Source: Tubiluchus corallicola (lineage: Eukaryota > Animalia > Priapulida). Taken from it: a stretch of DNA of 64,000 nucleotides. The stretch is taken from NCBI GenBank assembly GCA_030141605.1, contig JAQGDQ010002395.1, positions 53,056 through 117,055 of the forward strand. The letters are read 5' to 3'. The notes under the pieces were generated by a model that was not told the origin of the DNA, did no database searches, and worked only from the letters and a program-made list of their open reading frames with translations. Shown piece by piece: positions 9,880-20,421 of this stretch; position 1 is the stretch's first letter; the number at the start of each line of letters is the position of its first letter. The translations under genes and the position numbers were made by a program.

Positions 9880-11025
9880 ATGAGGTTGTGTTATAAGCGT
9901 GTATTGATTGTTGTGCAGTTTGTATTTACTGGATATGTATATGGGCAGAATGTCTCTTTTAACGGGCAGGTTGACGGATGGATAACATTGAAGCTGCACG
10001 ATAGTTTTGGAGCGATGTCAGGTGCCAGGTATATACCTACTTTGGATTTTGAGTATTCCGTTTCAAAAAGTAGCCTGATTGACGTAGAGGCTTCGGCGAA
10101 TATTTTTGGAGCTACGGAGTATTTTGACTGTGACTTTAGCAGTAGTGGTGATATCAGGCCGTATCGGCTATGGTGCCGTTATAGTGGCGATAGACTGGAG
10201 GTGAGGGGAGGGCTTCAGAAGATAAATTTTGGACCTGGCATGATGCTACGCCCTCTTATGTGGTTTGATCAGATTGACCCGCGTGACCCTTTGCAGATTA
10301 CTGATGGGGTGTATGGAGTGCTGGCGCGTTACTATTTTATGAATAGCGCCAATGTATGGTTGTGGGGATTATACGGCAATGGTTCTGTCAAGGGGTGGGA
10401 AGTGGTGCCTTCAAAACGCAATCGTCCTGAGGCAGGTGGTAGGATACAGGTTCCTGCCCTGTCTGGAGAGGTAGCTGTTTCGTATCACAATCGTGAGGTT
10501 GATTTTGAGAAGGTGGTGGGGGTGATTGGGCGTGGAGAGGGAAGAGTTGTTGAAAATAGGGTTGGATTGGACGGAAGGTGGGATATTGAGGGAGGGCCGG
10601 GTTTGTGGTTTGAGAGTGTTATCACAAATCAGAGTATGCCCTCCGGTTATTATCCCTGGCAGAGGCAGCTGTGTATTGGAGCTGATTACACCTTTAAGGT
10701 CGGGAATGGCCTCAATGTGGTACATGAGTTGTTGTGGGCAGATGTGTCAGGGCGGGCTTTTGGTGGTGGAGAGGGAGGATTGTTTTCCGCCCTTTTGTCA
10801 AGTTACCCGCTGGGATTGTCAGATAATATTGTGGCGATAATATACTATGACTACTCGAATAGCGGCTGGTACCGGTTTATAAATTGGCAAAAGCAGTATG
10901 ATAGCATTGGTTTGCATCTTGTACTTTACTGGAACCCCGAAAAACTCAATGTTTACGGAGCTGCCGGAAACACTGCCGCCTTTCAGGGAAGTGGGGTGCA
11001 GTTTATGCTTGTGTTTAATCACTAA
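9880..11025 (+). CDS. Hypothetical outer-membrane beta-barrel protein
   Basis: Signal peptide, amphipathic beta-strands, GLQKINFGPG...RPLMWFDQIDPRDP, C-terminal VFNH. This type is often found with LolE/LolA-like ABC clusters. Confidence 0.65.
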   Translation: MRLCYKRVLIVVQFVFTGYVYGQNVSFNGQVDGWITLKLHDSFGAMSGARYIPTLDFEYSVSKSSLIDVEASANIFGATEYFDCDFSSSGDIRPYRLWCRYSGDRLEVRGGLQKINFGPGMMLRPLMWFDQIDPRDPLQITDGVYGVLARYYFMNSANVWLWGLYGNGSVKGWEVVPSKRNRPEAGGRIQVPALSGEVAVSYHNREVDFEKVVGVIGRGEGRVVENRVGLDGRWDIEGGPGLWFESVITNQSMPSGYYPWQRQLCIGADYTFKVGNGLNVVHELLWADVSGRAFGGGEGGLFSALLSSYPLGLSDNIVAIIYYDYSNSGWYRFINWQKQYDSIGLHLVLYWNPEKLNVYGAAGNTAAFQGSGVQFMLVFNH

Positions 11026-11107
11026 TTTTGAGCCTGATAGCAAATGAGGCTTGGTGTGTGGTGGCGTTTCTTTTCGTTAATATTATTTTTTCTTCAACCC
11101 ATTTATT

Positions 11108-11957
11108 TGTAAATCTTCAGCTTAATTCGGACAAATTGGTTTAAAAATTAAGAGAGACATTTCTTACATTATAACCGATAAAAACGAGTAAGATGAAGGC
11201 AAAAAAACAGACTACCGAACAAATGAGTTTAAAGATAAGACCACGCGTGTGCACCAGCAATGGCAAACCGATTTCACCTACTTTAAAATCATTGGATGGG
11301 GCTGGTATTATTTGGCTACCGTAATGGACGATTATTCAAGGTATATCGTCACCTGGGAGCTTTGCCAAAGCATTGAGTCGGCCGATGCCAAGCATGTTAT
11401 TCAAAAGGCTTTACATACGGCCAAAATACCTGCAGGCGATTGTCCCAGGTTACTCTCCGGTAATGGAGCGTGCTACATATCAAACGAGTTTCAGAGCTTT
11501 TTAAAAGATACCAAAATGGGACATGTACGTGGAGCCCCATACCACCCTCAAACACAAGGGAAAATTGAGCGTTACCACCGCACCATGAAAAATCAGGTAA
11601 AGTTGGATAACTACTACTTTCCTGATGAACTAATGACGGTTCTACAGGAGTTTGTATATAATTACAACAACCACCGGTATCATGAATCACTCAAGAATGT
11701 TACACCTGCCGACGTGTATTTTGGAAGGCAAAAACAGTTACTGGGCAATCGTGAAAACATTAAAATAAAAACGCTAAATGAAAGAAGAAAAAGGAATCAG
11801 AAAATCGCAGTGTATCACTTTTGATTTATTGAAAACTCTGCGAGTTTCCAACAAGTCAACAGGTGAATTATCATCACCATAAAAAAGAGAATTTGAATTA
11901 TAAAACTATCTCTTAACTTTAAGCATCAATTTGTCCAATAAGTTTTGAAGTTAAACA
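11108..11957 (+). mobile_element. Internally deleted IS3/IS481-like element
   Basis: TGT...ACA ends with imperfect ~45-bp IRs (tgtaaatcttcagcttaattcggacaaattg / revcomp tgtttaacttcaaaacttattggacaaattg). No TSD seen. Confidence 0.8.
11193..11824 (+). pseudogene. Truncated DDE integrase-core transposase
   Basis: Short N-terminal stub MKAKKQTTEQ joined out of frame to the rve core WQTDFTY...DDYSRY...PQTQGKIERYHRT. The second catalytic Asp is replaced (LLSGNG instead of SDNG). Confidence 0.85.
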
Positions 11958-11959
11958 GG

Positions 11960-12358
11960 TACAAAAGAACCAAAAAATCGAGCCTTTAAGGGCATTCCTT
12001 GTTTTTCGCTGTTTTCTTGTTAAGAGCTTTTAGTAGTGGCGGTTGTGTTTCAAGGTTTTTCTTTACGTTCTTTTGTTTTGATACAAAAGAACCAAAAAAT
12101 CGAGCCTTTAAGGGCATTCCTTGTTTTTCGCTGTTTTCTTGTTAAGAGCTTTTAGTAGTGGCGGTTGTGTTTCAAGGTTTTTCTTTACGTTCTTTTGTTT
12201 TGATACAAAAGAACCAAAAAATCGAGCCTTTAAGGGCATTCCTTGTTTTTCGCTGTTTTCTTGTTAAGAGTTTTTAGTAGTGGCGGTTGTGTTTCAAGGG
12301 GAGCTTATGTTCTTTTGTTTTGATAGAAAAGAGGCAAAAAATCAAGCTTTTAAGGGCA
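11960..12358. repeat. Tandem array of a 122-bp REP-like unit (~3.3 copies)
   Basis: Units start at 11960, 12082, 12204 and 12324 (degenerate). Each junction carries the hairpin gttcttttgt-tttgat-acaaaagaac followed by caaaaaatcgagcctttaagggcattcc. Confidence 0.93.
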
Positions 12359-12380
12359 GTTTTATTTTTTATTGAGTTTT

Positions 12381-14720
12381 TTACTGTTTTGCTTCCGGAA
12401 AAGCCTGATTTTTCCTGTTTCCAATAAAGAATTGAACTTTTTCTTCATTCCCTTGTTCATCTGTTACGAGAAGCTTGTGCCATCCTGCGTCAGTTTCTAT
12501 TGCTTTTGAGTGTTTCCCAATGGTGTTTCCCAGGTATATATCATCAAGGTACCAGAACACATTTTTCTGGGGGGATGTGTGGGCTATTTTTGATATTAGT
12601 TTTTGGCTTTCCCCTCCGAAATCTCTTGGTATCCATATATATGAAGAGTCTTTGGGGTATATAAAGGTCATCTGTTTTGAGATTTTTCTATTTTCGCAGC
12701 TTGGGTTATGTTCAGGTGTGCCATCTAAAACTCTGCCACGGGCTTTTAGCTGATGTAACACATCGGGCGGGTATGATAGTATCTTTTTTTCGTAGTACCC
12801 TTTTCCCCAGCAGTATGAGCACACCGAGTACTTTTCTTCTCTATCTACATATACTGCTTTGTGGAAAGGGCAGAGTCTAAGTGGCTGCATATAAATAGGT
12901 ACGTCGACCTGTTCTTTTTCCGGGCAGTTCTGTCCTGCAAGGAACCCGGTTTTTTTACAGATGTTGATTTGAGCAAAGTCATCGTAGTTTTTATTGAACC
13001 GGTATGATCCTTTATTGGGGAGGTTGTTGAGTATATCGAATAGCAGTGATCCGGCACTGACTGTTCCCGATAGCCTGGGATTTCCTTCTCCATCGAAGTT
13101 ACCTACCCAAACAGCTATTGTCCACTCCGGTAAGACACCTATTGCCCATGCATCTTTGTGTCCATAGCTTGTTCCTGTTTTCCATGCGATTGGTTTTTGA
13201 TGTTGATATTTTCTCCAGTTGTATTCCACTCCCGGCCTTTTTAGGTCTCTAAGCGCTTGCAATGTTATATAGCATGCTCCCGGGCTTATCAACTGCTGTG
13301 CATTTGTCCGCATCATTACCGAGTCTTGATCCCGGTATATGATTGGCGTAAAGACTCCTCTATTTGCCAATCCTCTGTAGAGCTTGGTCATGTCTAACAG
13401 GTTCACTTCTGCCCCTCCTATTATTAAAGGCAGGCCGTACTCTTCTGCTTCTCTAAATAGTGTTGTTACTCCCGCTTCTTTGAGAAAGGTATAAAACTGG
13501 TATACTCCATATGTGTTTAGGAGCCTGACAGATGGCACATTCAGAGACTTTATTAATGACTCCTGTGCCGTTACTATGCCGTTAAACTTTTTATCGGCAT
13601 TGCTTGGTGAGAATGCGTTAAAGTAGGTTGGCACATCTTTTATTAGTGTTTTTGGTACTATTATTCCCTCGTCAATAGAGAGTCCATATAAGAAGGGTTT
13701 TAAGATTGAACCTGACGAGCGGGGCGCTACTACTCCATTGACCTGGCCTAATGCATCGAAGTCAAAGAAATTCTGTGACCCCACATAGGCTTTTATTTTT
13801 CCGGTTTTTGTTTCTGTAACCAATACGGCAGCGTTTTTTATCCCTTCATTGCGGATTTTTTTTACATGTAGCCTGGTGAGCTCCTGCACACGGTTTTGCA
13901 GGCCTAGGTTTAAGGTTGTCCTGATTGTTTTTTGCCTCGGATACCTGTTTTTCACATATCGTGAAAAGTGTGGTGCGGCAAGGTCAAAGGGGTAGATTTT
14001 ATAAGGTATTGGTTCCAATACGGCAAGTTCAAATATTTTTTTGTCAATTACACCTTTCTTTAACAGTTTACTCAGAAGCCTATCTCTTTTTTCTTTTACC
14101 TGTTTATTGTTTCCGGAGGGGAATATTATTCCTGGTGCGTTTGGCAAAATAGCCAGTGTGGCGGCTTCTGCCCAGCTCAGTTCTTTCGGTTTTTTCTCAA
14201 AATATCTGTATGATGCTGCCTGGTAGCCCTTAATGTTTGCTCCGTACGGGGCGTGGTCCAGGTAGAGTTTTAGTATTTCATCTTTTGTGTAATGTACTTC
14301 TATTTTTACGGCCTGGCATATCTCCTTTATTTTGCTCCAGTAGTTTCTTTTATTCGCACTTCTCAAGCGTGCAACCTGCATAGTGATAGTGCTTGCTCCG
14401 CTAACCACTCTTTTTTGGGACAGGTTCTGTTTTATTGCCCTTAAGATTGAAGCGGGGTTAAATCCGGGGTGGTAGTAGAAGTGCTTATCTTCAAACAGAA
14501 GTACCGCTTCCTGTAGTTTGCGAGGTACGCTATCCTCCGCTCTGGGAGGCAGGCACCACTGTTCATTTTCATTCAGAAAGACCCTTAATATTTTCCCTTG
14601 CTCATCGGTAACAACTACGCTGTAATCGGTTTTAAAAAGCGGGGGAGGGAAGGGTTTTATTAAATAAAACACAACCAGTAAGACCAAGGCTACAAAAAGC
14701 CTGATACTCCATCTCTTCAC
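12381..14720 (-). CDS. pbpC: Penicillin-binding protein 1C
   Basis: Transglycosylase EDKHFYYH, GASTITMQVAR. Transpeptidase SILK, SLN, KTGT. Adjacent to alpha-2-macroglobulin. Confidence 0.95.
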   Translation of the reverse strand: MKRWSIRLFVALVLLVVFYLIKPFPPPLFKTDYSVVVTDEQGKILRVFLNENEQWCLPPRAEDSVPRKLQEAVLLFEDKHFYYHPGFNPASILRAIKQNLSQKRVVSGASTITMQVARLRSANKRNYWSKIKEICQAVKIEVHYTKDEILKLYLDHAPYGANIKGYQAASYRYFEKKPKELSWAEAATLAILPNAPGIIFPSGNNKQVKEKRDRLLSKLLKKGVIDKKIFELAVLEPIPYKIYPFDLAAPHFSRYVKNRYPRQKTIRTTLNLGLQNRVQELTRLHVKKIRNEGIKNAAVLVTETKTGKIKAYVGSQNFFDFDALGQVNGVVAPRSSGSILKPFLYGLSIDEGIIVPKTLIKDVPTYFNAFSPSNADKKFNGIVTAQESLIKSLNVPSVRLLNTYGVYQFYTFLKEAGVTTLFREAEEYGLPLIIGGAEVNLLDMTKLYRGLANRGVFTPIIYRDQDSVMMRTNAQQLISPGACYITLQALRDLKRPGVEYNWRKYQHQKPIAWKTGTSYGHKDAWAIGVLPEWTIAVWVGNFDGEGNPRLSGTVSAGSLLFDILNNLPNKGSYRFNKNYDDFAQINICKKTGFLAGQNCPEKEQVDVPIYMQPLRLCPFHKAVYVDREEKYSVCSYCWGKGYYEKKILSYPPDVLHQLKARGRVLDGTPEHNPSCENRKISKQMTFIYPKDSSYIWIPRDFGGESQKLISKIAHTSPQKNVFWYLDDIYLGNTIGKHSKAIETDAGWHKLLVTDEQGNEEKVQFFIGNRKNQAFPEAKQ

Positions 14721-14746
14721 CTAAATAAAAAATTATATTGTTCTTT

Positions 14747-17700
14747 CTATTTTATTACTTTAACTTTTTTACCTGCTTTGGTAGCTTTAAATGATTCGTT
14801 ATACATAGCTTCAACCAGTGTTGGCGCCAATTCGAACTCTCCAATTGTTACAGCATTTATTTTTACAATAAAGTCCAGTTTCTTCTTCTTCTCTATATTC
14901 TTATGTATGTCGAAGAACCACATAACTCTGTCGTCCCTGATATCAAGGTATTTTTCGTTATATAGGTTCATTCTTTCTGTCCATGCAGGCATTGACTCAC
15001 CAGACAGGCGAGTGTTTTCTATTTCCCAGCCTGACGGTAATATCTGAACTAGAGCCACTTCGTCAACACGCTTTAGCGTGCTTATGTTTTCAACCTGGAA
15101 GTGTCCCCAAAATGCTGTTCCCTGGTTAATCTGAGTAATATCGATTCCTTTCCCTTCCTCGTCATACCATTTTACATTTAATGAGAGGTTGCTATTTTCA
15201 TCTTTTATATCACTTTTAAAAGGAACTCCATCCCACGCAAGTGTGGTAAAGGCTTTTGCTACGTCCGATTTTTCATCGAGCGAAATCTGTATTGGTTTGC
15301 CAAAACCATTTTGTAATCTGTACGTGTAGGTTTTTTCCGTTTTAAAAGGCACTTCTGTGCCATCGGCAAATGTTATGTGCCCTTTTAGCTCTGCTTTTTC
15401 GCTTCCTTTTTGCAGTGCTGTTATGTATTTCCCAATCCCCAACAGGGTGTAGCCGATGGTTTGTGTGGAGTACCAATCGCTTGCTGATATGTATTTTGAT
15501 ATGTCTCGCGCCAACTCTTCTGCCTGCTCCATTTTATTTAGAGAAACGAGTGCGTCCAGAATCATGCCCTTGTCTCTTAGCCCCGATCCGTAGGTGCCTG
15601 AGAACTCCTGATAGTTGTCGGTTTCCATACCTGCATCTTTGACAATTTCACTGACTTTATCGGGCAGTCCTGCCAAATGGTATGATGCTGCCAACAGCCA
15701 TTTCTGAACATTGTTCATTTTGTGCAGTCTGTTCTCTCTCAATAGGTTCATTTCACTATTTGCCGGTTTTCCAGCCAGCGCAAGAGTGTAAGCTCTGTAT
15801 ACTCTTGAGGTTAAGTTTCCACTACCCTGACGGGCCATTTTGCTTGTGTATCCTAACCAGTTTCTATACAGGTCTTCTGTGACATGGTATCCCAGTTTTT
15901 TTGCTTCTACCATAAAGTGTCCTCCATAAAGTGTTCCCCATTCAGAGGGGGTATCTTCATAGGGCCAGTAACTAAATCCCCCGGAGAATATCTGAAATTT
16001 GCGTAACTGCTGAATTCCTGCATTGATGTTTTTGTCTATATCTTTTGTGTCGGCTTCCGAGTAATCTACAAACTGTTTGATGTATAGCTGCGGGAACACT
16101 GATGATGTTGTTTGCTCTATGCAGCCGTAAGGGTAGTGGATCAGATATTTTAGTCTGTGGTCGATACTTATTCCGGGATAATTTGAAATCGTTATGGTTG
16201 CTCTATTGGTGCCTTTTAATCCATCATCCGGCACGTATAGAGTGGCTGTTTTACCTGATTCAACACTGCTATTAAATGATTTATATATTCTTGGTGATGC
16301 CGGTCTGACATACAGGTCTACCAGGTATTCTGCCTTATGTTTTGCTGACCTTGCTCTTATTTTTACTTTAGTTTGCCCTACCTGCTCTTTGGCTTTTATG
16401 GTAAAGTAGCACTCTTTATCGTCAGCTTTTTTAAACTGCATCTTTCGGCTGTCTGCTCCTTCTATTTCCAGGAGCTCTTCTGTAGCTATATCTACCTCTA
16501 CATTACCTATTCCATCTTCCATTGCAAATACCGATACAGGAACGGTAAACTTTTCTCCTGGCCCTATCACGCGTGGCAGTGTGGGCATTACCATTAATTC
16601 CGACTTTACCGGTACTCTTTTTTCCGCTTTGGCATAGCTCTTTTTTCTTGCACCTATCACCATTATTCTTACTGATCCCACATAGTTTGGCATATCAAAC
16701 CTAACAACAGCTTTCCCACTTGCATCTGTGTCAACAGGGCCTTTAAATAGGCTTACAGGTTTAAACCTTCGCTGTCGTTTTTTGTTACCTAGCTGCGACT
16801 CTCTGTAGTCCATATCTCCTCCTATTGAGAAGGTTTTAAAGACATCTCCCTTATTTGCTGATATAATGTGGGAGAAGAGGTCAAATGTCCGGGTTTCCAA
16901 TCGTACTTTAGAAAAGAAGTGTGGCCACGGGTCAGGGGTTTTGAAGTTTGTGATGTCCAGCAGTCCTTCATCTACTACAGCAATGGTAAACTGGGTTGGC
17001 TCCCGGTCTTTTGTTTGTAATGTGATTTCAAATGGTTTTTCTGGGAGGAATTTAGTCGCTGTTTTTATTTCAATTTCGTGTTTGGAATCTCTGTTTTCAA
17101 CCAATATGGGTAGTATGCCAAACATTCTAATAGGCCTGTCATTTTCTGTTTGTTTGTGCGGCTGTATAAGCGATACCGTGATATATGCATTGGGTACCAT
17201 TTTTTCTGTAGCGGGTATTTTAACTTCAGTCAGGTCTTCTCCTTTTGGTGATACCCATGTGTTGTACAGTATTTCTCCTCCTTTTTCAACAGTTATCAGA
17301 GCTATTCCCTCTTTTGGGGCAGGGAATTGAACTTTGATATGCTCATTTGTGTAGTACTTGTTCTTTTGGGAGCTTAGTTCCAGTGTGCCAGCACTTTTAT
17401 CTTCCCCACCTGAGCTACCGTATTTATAGGCTGTTACAAAGATACCTGACGTGTGTCCCGTTCCTTCTTCATCGGTTACTTCAATTAAAAATGTGCCACG
17501 TTCTATTGGCAAGAATTTTATGATACTATGTGTTGTTTTGGAGTTGACACTCCCTTCTCCTATCAACACTGTGTTTTTATCTGATTTAAAGCGTAGTTTT
17601 TTATCGTATTGCCACCACCAATGCTCAGTGTTTCGGTATATTCGATATTTCAGTGATCTTCCTGCCACAGGTTTTCCTTCAGGCGTAACAATAATAGCCG

Positions 17701-20179
17701 GTACTTCAAGGTTGCTCCCTGTCGGTATGTAGTGGTACTTTGGCGGTTGTATTCCTACGTAGTGGGAGTATGGTTCATATGGTAAGAATGAGATGTTTTC
17801 GTTTGGTCTGCCCCCTTTTTCCATGACCTTACCGGTTACTTTTACCATTAGTGCTGATGGTGCGTTTGAGACATCTGGCAGGTTCCACTCGGTAAGTTTT
17901 TTCCCGTTATTATCAAGTTCTCCTTCAAATATTGTTTGCTCAATAGGCTGAAAATCGACACTGGGATTTGTAAATACAAAGCTATCATACTTTTTGAATC
18001 TCTTTTTTATGCTAAATATTTCTGTGTCAATCCGGGCTTTAAGTCCGGCAGCAGGATTTCCGAACAGGTAAGTGCTGCTCAAGTCCAAATTGAAGGTTGT
18101 CTTGTTCCACGCAATAAACTGCTGCTCCGGCTCAATTTTAATTTTTAAGCGGTACGGGACAACCGTTTCAATTTTTATTGTATGGGTAAACTCTTTATTA
18201 CCAATACGAAACACTGCTCTCCAGTTTCCTGTCGGATCGGACTCTTTTGTCTGTACTTTAAAGTTGTAAAATCCATCCTTGCTTTGCTTGTTTGTTACTT
18301 CATATATTTTTTTACCTTGCGGATTGATCATTTCAATTGTGAGAGGGTGATTTCTTGGGTAGCTTCGTTTGGTAAAGCGGGCTATTATTGAGATGTTTAT
18401 CTCGTCACCAGGTCTGTACACACCTCTTTCTGTATATGTGTATGCTTTGATGCCTGAGTTATGCTCACTGATTCCCCCGGTGTCAAATCCTGATGTGTTC
18501 CACTCCATATCATTAGGCTTTATGACACTTTGCTGGCCATCTTTTTCTGCTGTTATGTAGTAGTTGAAATATCTTTCCCCGTACAGTGTTGCTATTCCAT
18601 CACTGTCTGTGTTTGCTGTTGATTTTGTATCGCCATAGATTGATATTAGTTTGACTCTTACTCCCTGCATGGGTTTTGCTGTAGCGATGTCTGTTGCGTA
18701 TACTTTATAGTTGTTTTTTATTTTCTTGCATGTCAGTCCTATATCGCTAAAGAGCAGCGGTTTATAGATTTGTCCGTATTTTTCTATGTATTTATCGTAG
18801 TTCCCGCTTTCTATTTCTGTCAGCATATCTCGCGGGTTAAAGTTCAGGCGCACCAAGTAGAGCCCTTTGTGATTTTTACGGATCAACTTTGATAAGTCTA
18901 TTTCATTTAGTTTCCATACGTTTTTTTCTTCGCCTATTTCAAAGGTCTCATTGTGCACTATAACTCCTACCTGGTTGACGTATTTTGCATTAAAGGGAGC
19001 TTTTCTATCAGACAGGCTTTTCAGCTGTTCATTTCTCAAAAACTTCGGGATACTATTTGCATACACTTTTTTTACTTCAACATGGACTCTTTTTAAGTTG
19101 TTTGTGTGAAACTGAAGCCTATACTGGTTTCCACTGGGCAGAAAAATACCACTGGATGCAAATTCTACCTGTGGCTCCATATTTGCGAAGGTTATCTTTT
19201 GGGTATATTTCTTTTCTGTTACTGTCCCCCATCTATTTTTTATTCCTTTTTCAACTATTAGTTTATAGTTTTCTCCAGCCCGGAAATTCCCGTCTATTAT
19301 TAGGGAGCTTCCCATTCTTTGAATTTTCAGGTTTGATACCGGGATTGTTTTTATTAGCCCGTCAATGTTTTGCTCGGGGTCAAATTCATCAGAGAAGTGC
19401 AGCCTTATTTTAGGGGATTTTCCCTTATCTTCTCTACTTACCTTAGTCAGTTCCATTGATCCTAATGGGCTGATTTCAAAAGATTTTTTAAAGTTTTTTG
19501 GTAAGCCTGTCTTTTTTTTACGTATGGTAAGTGTATAGTTGTCTGTGCTGCTTTTGCGAAGCAGATCACCCGATATATAGTTGAATGTTTTTCCATCTGG
19601 CTCTGCTGTTATTTTGACTTCAACTGCTTTTTTCCCTTTTTTTAGCTCCAGGGCTTTTTCGACTGTTTTCAGGTCAATTGATTCTGTAAAGCTGACTATC
19701 CCTATGTATTGCAATATTTCTCTGTTATTGCTATTTTTCAAAATCAGTTTTCCATCGAATTTTGCAATTTCCCTTCCTGCAATTCTGAACCTAAATTCAA
19801 TGGATCCCAAATTTTCATCTTTGAATTTCTCATTCAGTTCTGATAGAATCAGTTTTCCATTAAATGTTTTTCTATAGGGTAGGTCTCCTACAGGTCTAAA
19901 TACTATTGTGTTTCTGCTTTTCCAGTATGCTACGCCTCTTATGGATGGCGAAATCTTAAAGGCCCCTTTTACTACACTGCCTACCTCTTCTGCTTCTACT
20001 ACCGGTTCAATAAATTGTACCTCTATTAAGTCACCACTTTGAATTTCTCCACTAGTTACTGTATTTACTATTTTTGCAACCTCTTCGGAGTATATTACAT
20101 CTCCTTCTTTTTCTCTCTCTTTGCATGATATTAGCAGAACAGTCAGTACTGTGCACAAGATTAGCGCTGTTTTTCTCAT
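14747..20179 (-). CDS. Bacterial alpha-2-macroglobulin lipoprotein
   Basis: Lipobox LISC, ERGVYRPGD, thioester YPYGCIEQ, DIRDDRV, EAMY. Confidence 0.95.
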   Translation of the reverse strand: MRKTALILCTVLTVLLISCKEREKEGDVIYSEEVAKIVNTVTSGEIQSGDLIEVQFIEPVVEAEEVGSVVKGAFKISPSIRGVAYWKSRNTIVFRPVGDLPYRKTFNGKLILSELNEKFKDENLGSIEFRFRIAGREIAKFDGKLILKNSNNREILQYIGIVSFTESIDLKTVEKALELKKGKKAVEVKITAEPDGKTFNYISGDLLRKSSTDNYTLTIRKKKTGLPKNFKKSFEISPLGSMELTKVSREDKGKSPKIRLHFSDEFDPEQNIDGLIKTIPVSNLKIQRMGSSLIIDGNFRAGENYKLIVEKGIKNRWGTVTEKKYTQKITFANMEPQVEFASSGIFLPSGNQYRLQFHTNNLKRVHVEVKKVYANSIPKFLRNEQLKSLSDRKAPFNAKYVNQVGVIVHNETFEIGEEKNVWKLNEIDLSKLIRKNHKGLYLVRLNFNPRDMLTEIESGNYDKYIEKYGQIYKPLLFSDIGLTCKKIKNNYKVYATDIATAKPMQGVRVKLISIYGDTKSTANTDSDGIATLYGERYFNYYITAEKDGQQSVIKPNDMEWNTSGFDTGGISEHNSGIKAYTYTERGVYRPGDEINISIIARFTKRSYPRNHPLTIEMINPQGKKIYEVTNKQSKDGFYNFKVQTKESDPTGNWRAVFRIGNKEFTHTIKIETVVPYRLKIKIEPEQQFIAWNKTTFNLDLSSTYLFGNPAAGLKARIDTEIFSIKKRFKKYDSFVFTNPSVDFQPIEQTIFEGELDNNGKKLTEWNLPDVSNAPSALMVKVTGKVMEKGGRPNENISFLPYEPYSHYVGIQPPKYHYIPTGSNLEVPAIIVTPEGKPVAGRSLKYRIYRNTEHWWWQYDKKLRFKSDKNTVLIGEGSVNSKTTHSIIKFLPIERGTFLIEVTDEEGTGHTSGIFVTAYKYGSSGGEDKSAGTLELSSQKNKYYTNEHIKVQFPAPKEGIALITVEKGGEILYNTWVSPKGEDLTEVKIPATEKMVPNAYITVSLIQPHKQTENDRPIRMFGILPILVENRDSKHEIEIKTATKFLPEKPFEITLQTKDREPTQFTIAVVDEGLLDITNFKTPDPWPHFFSKVRLETRTFDLFSHIISANKGDVFKTFSIGGDMDYRESQLGNKKRQRRFKPVSLFKGPVDTDASGKAVVRFDMPNYVGSVRIMVIGARKKSYAKAEKRVPVKSELMVMPTLPRVIGPGEKFTVPVSVFAMEDGIGNVEVDIATEELLEIEGADSRKMQFKKADDKECYFTIKAKEQVGQTKVKIRARSAKHKAEYLVDLYVRPASPRIYKSFNSSVESGKTATLYVPDDGLKGTNRATITISNYPGISIDHRLKYLIHYPYGCIEQTTSSVFPQLYIKQFVDYSEADTKDIDKNINAGIQQLRKFQIFSGGFSYWPYEDTPSEWGTLYGGHFMVEAKKLGYHVTEDLYRNWLGYTSKMARQGSGNLTSRVYRAYTLALAGKPANSEMNLLRENRLHKMNNVQKWLLAASYHLAGLPDKVSEIVKDAGMETDNYQEFSGTYGSGLRDKGMILDALVSLNKMEQAEELARDISKYISASDWYSTQTIGYTLLGIGKYITALQKGSEKAELKGHITFADGTEVPFKTEKTYTYRLQNGFGKPIQISLDEKSDVAKAFTTLAWDGVPFKSDIKDENSNLSLNVKWYDEEGKGIDITQINQGTAFWGHFQVENISTLKRVDEVALVQILPSGWEIENTRLSGESMPAWTERMNLYNEKYLDIRDDRVMWFFDIHKNIEKKKKLDFIVKINAVTIGEFELAPTLVEAMYNESFKATKAGKKVKVIK

Positions 20180-20421
20180 TGGGTATGATTTAATATAATA
20201 TTATAGTACATTACATTACATGTTAACAAAGTAAGGTTAAAACCTTAGCGAAACTTATTTTATTAATATTTATATCATTTTTTTTAAGAGTAATTTACTA
20301 TCGATTTTTTTCTTAACCTGAGCCCAGTTGGGATATTTTTGCTTGTATAGCGCAGTGCTTAAATATTTGAATAAGTGCTATCCCTCCTGCTGCTTTTTGG
20401 TGTTCTAACCGGATATAGTTT

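Noticed and set aside
11960-12358. CRISPR array
   Set aside because: The sequence between hairpins is identical across units (no unique spacers), and there are no cas genes in the window.
12381-20179. alpha-2-macroglobulin/pbpC pair as a novel system
   Set aside because: This is a well-known conserved operon with an intact CxEQ thioester; nothing unusual.
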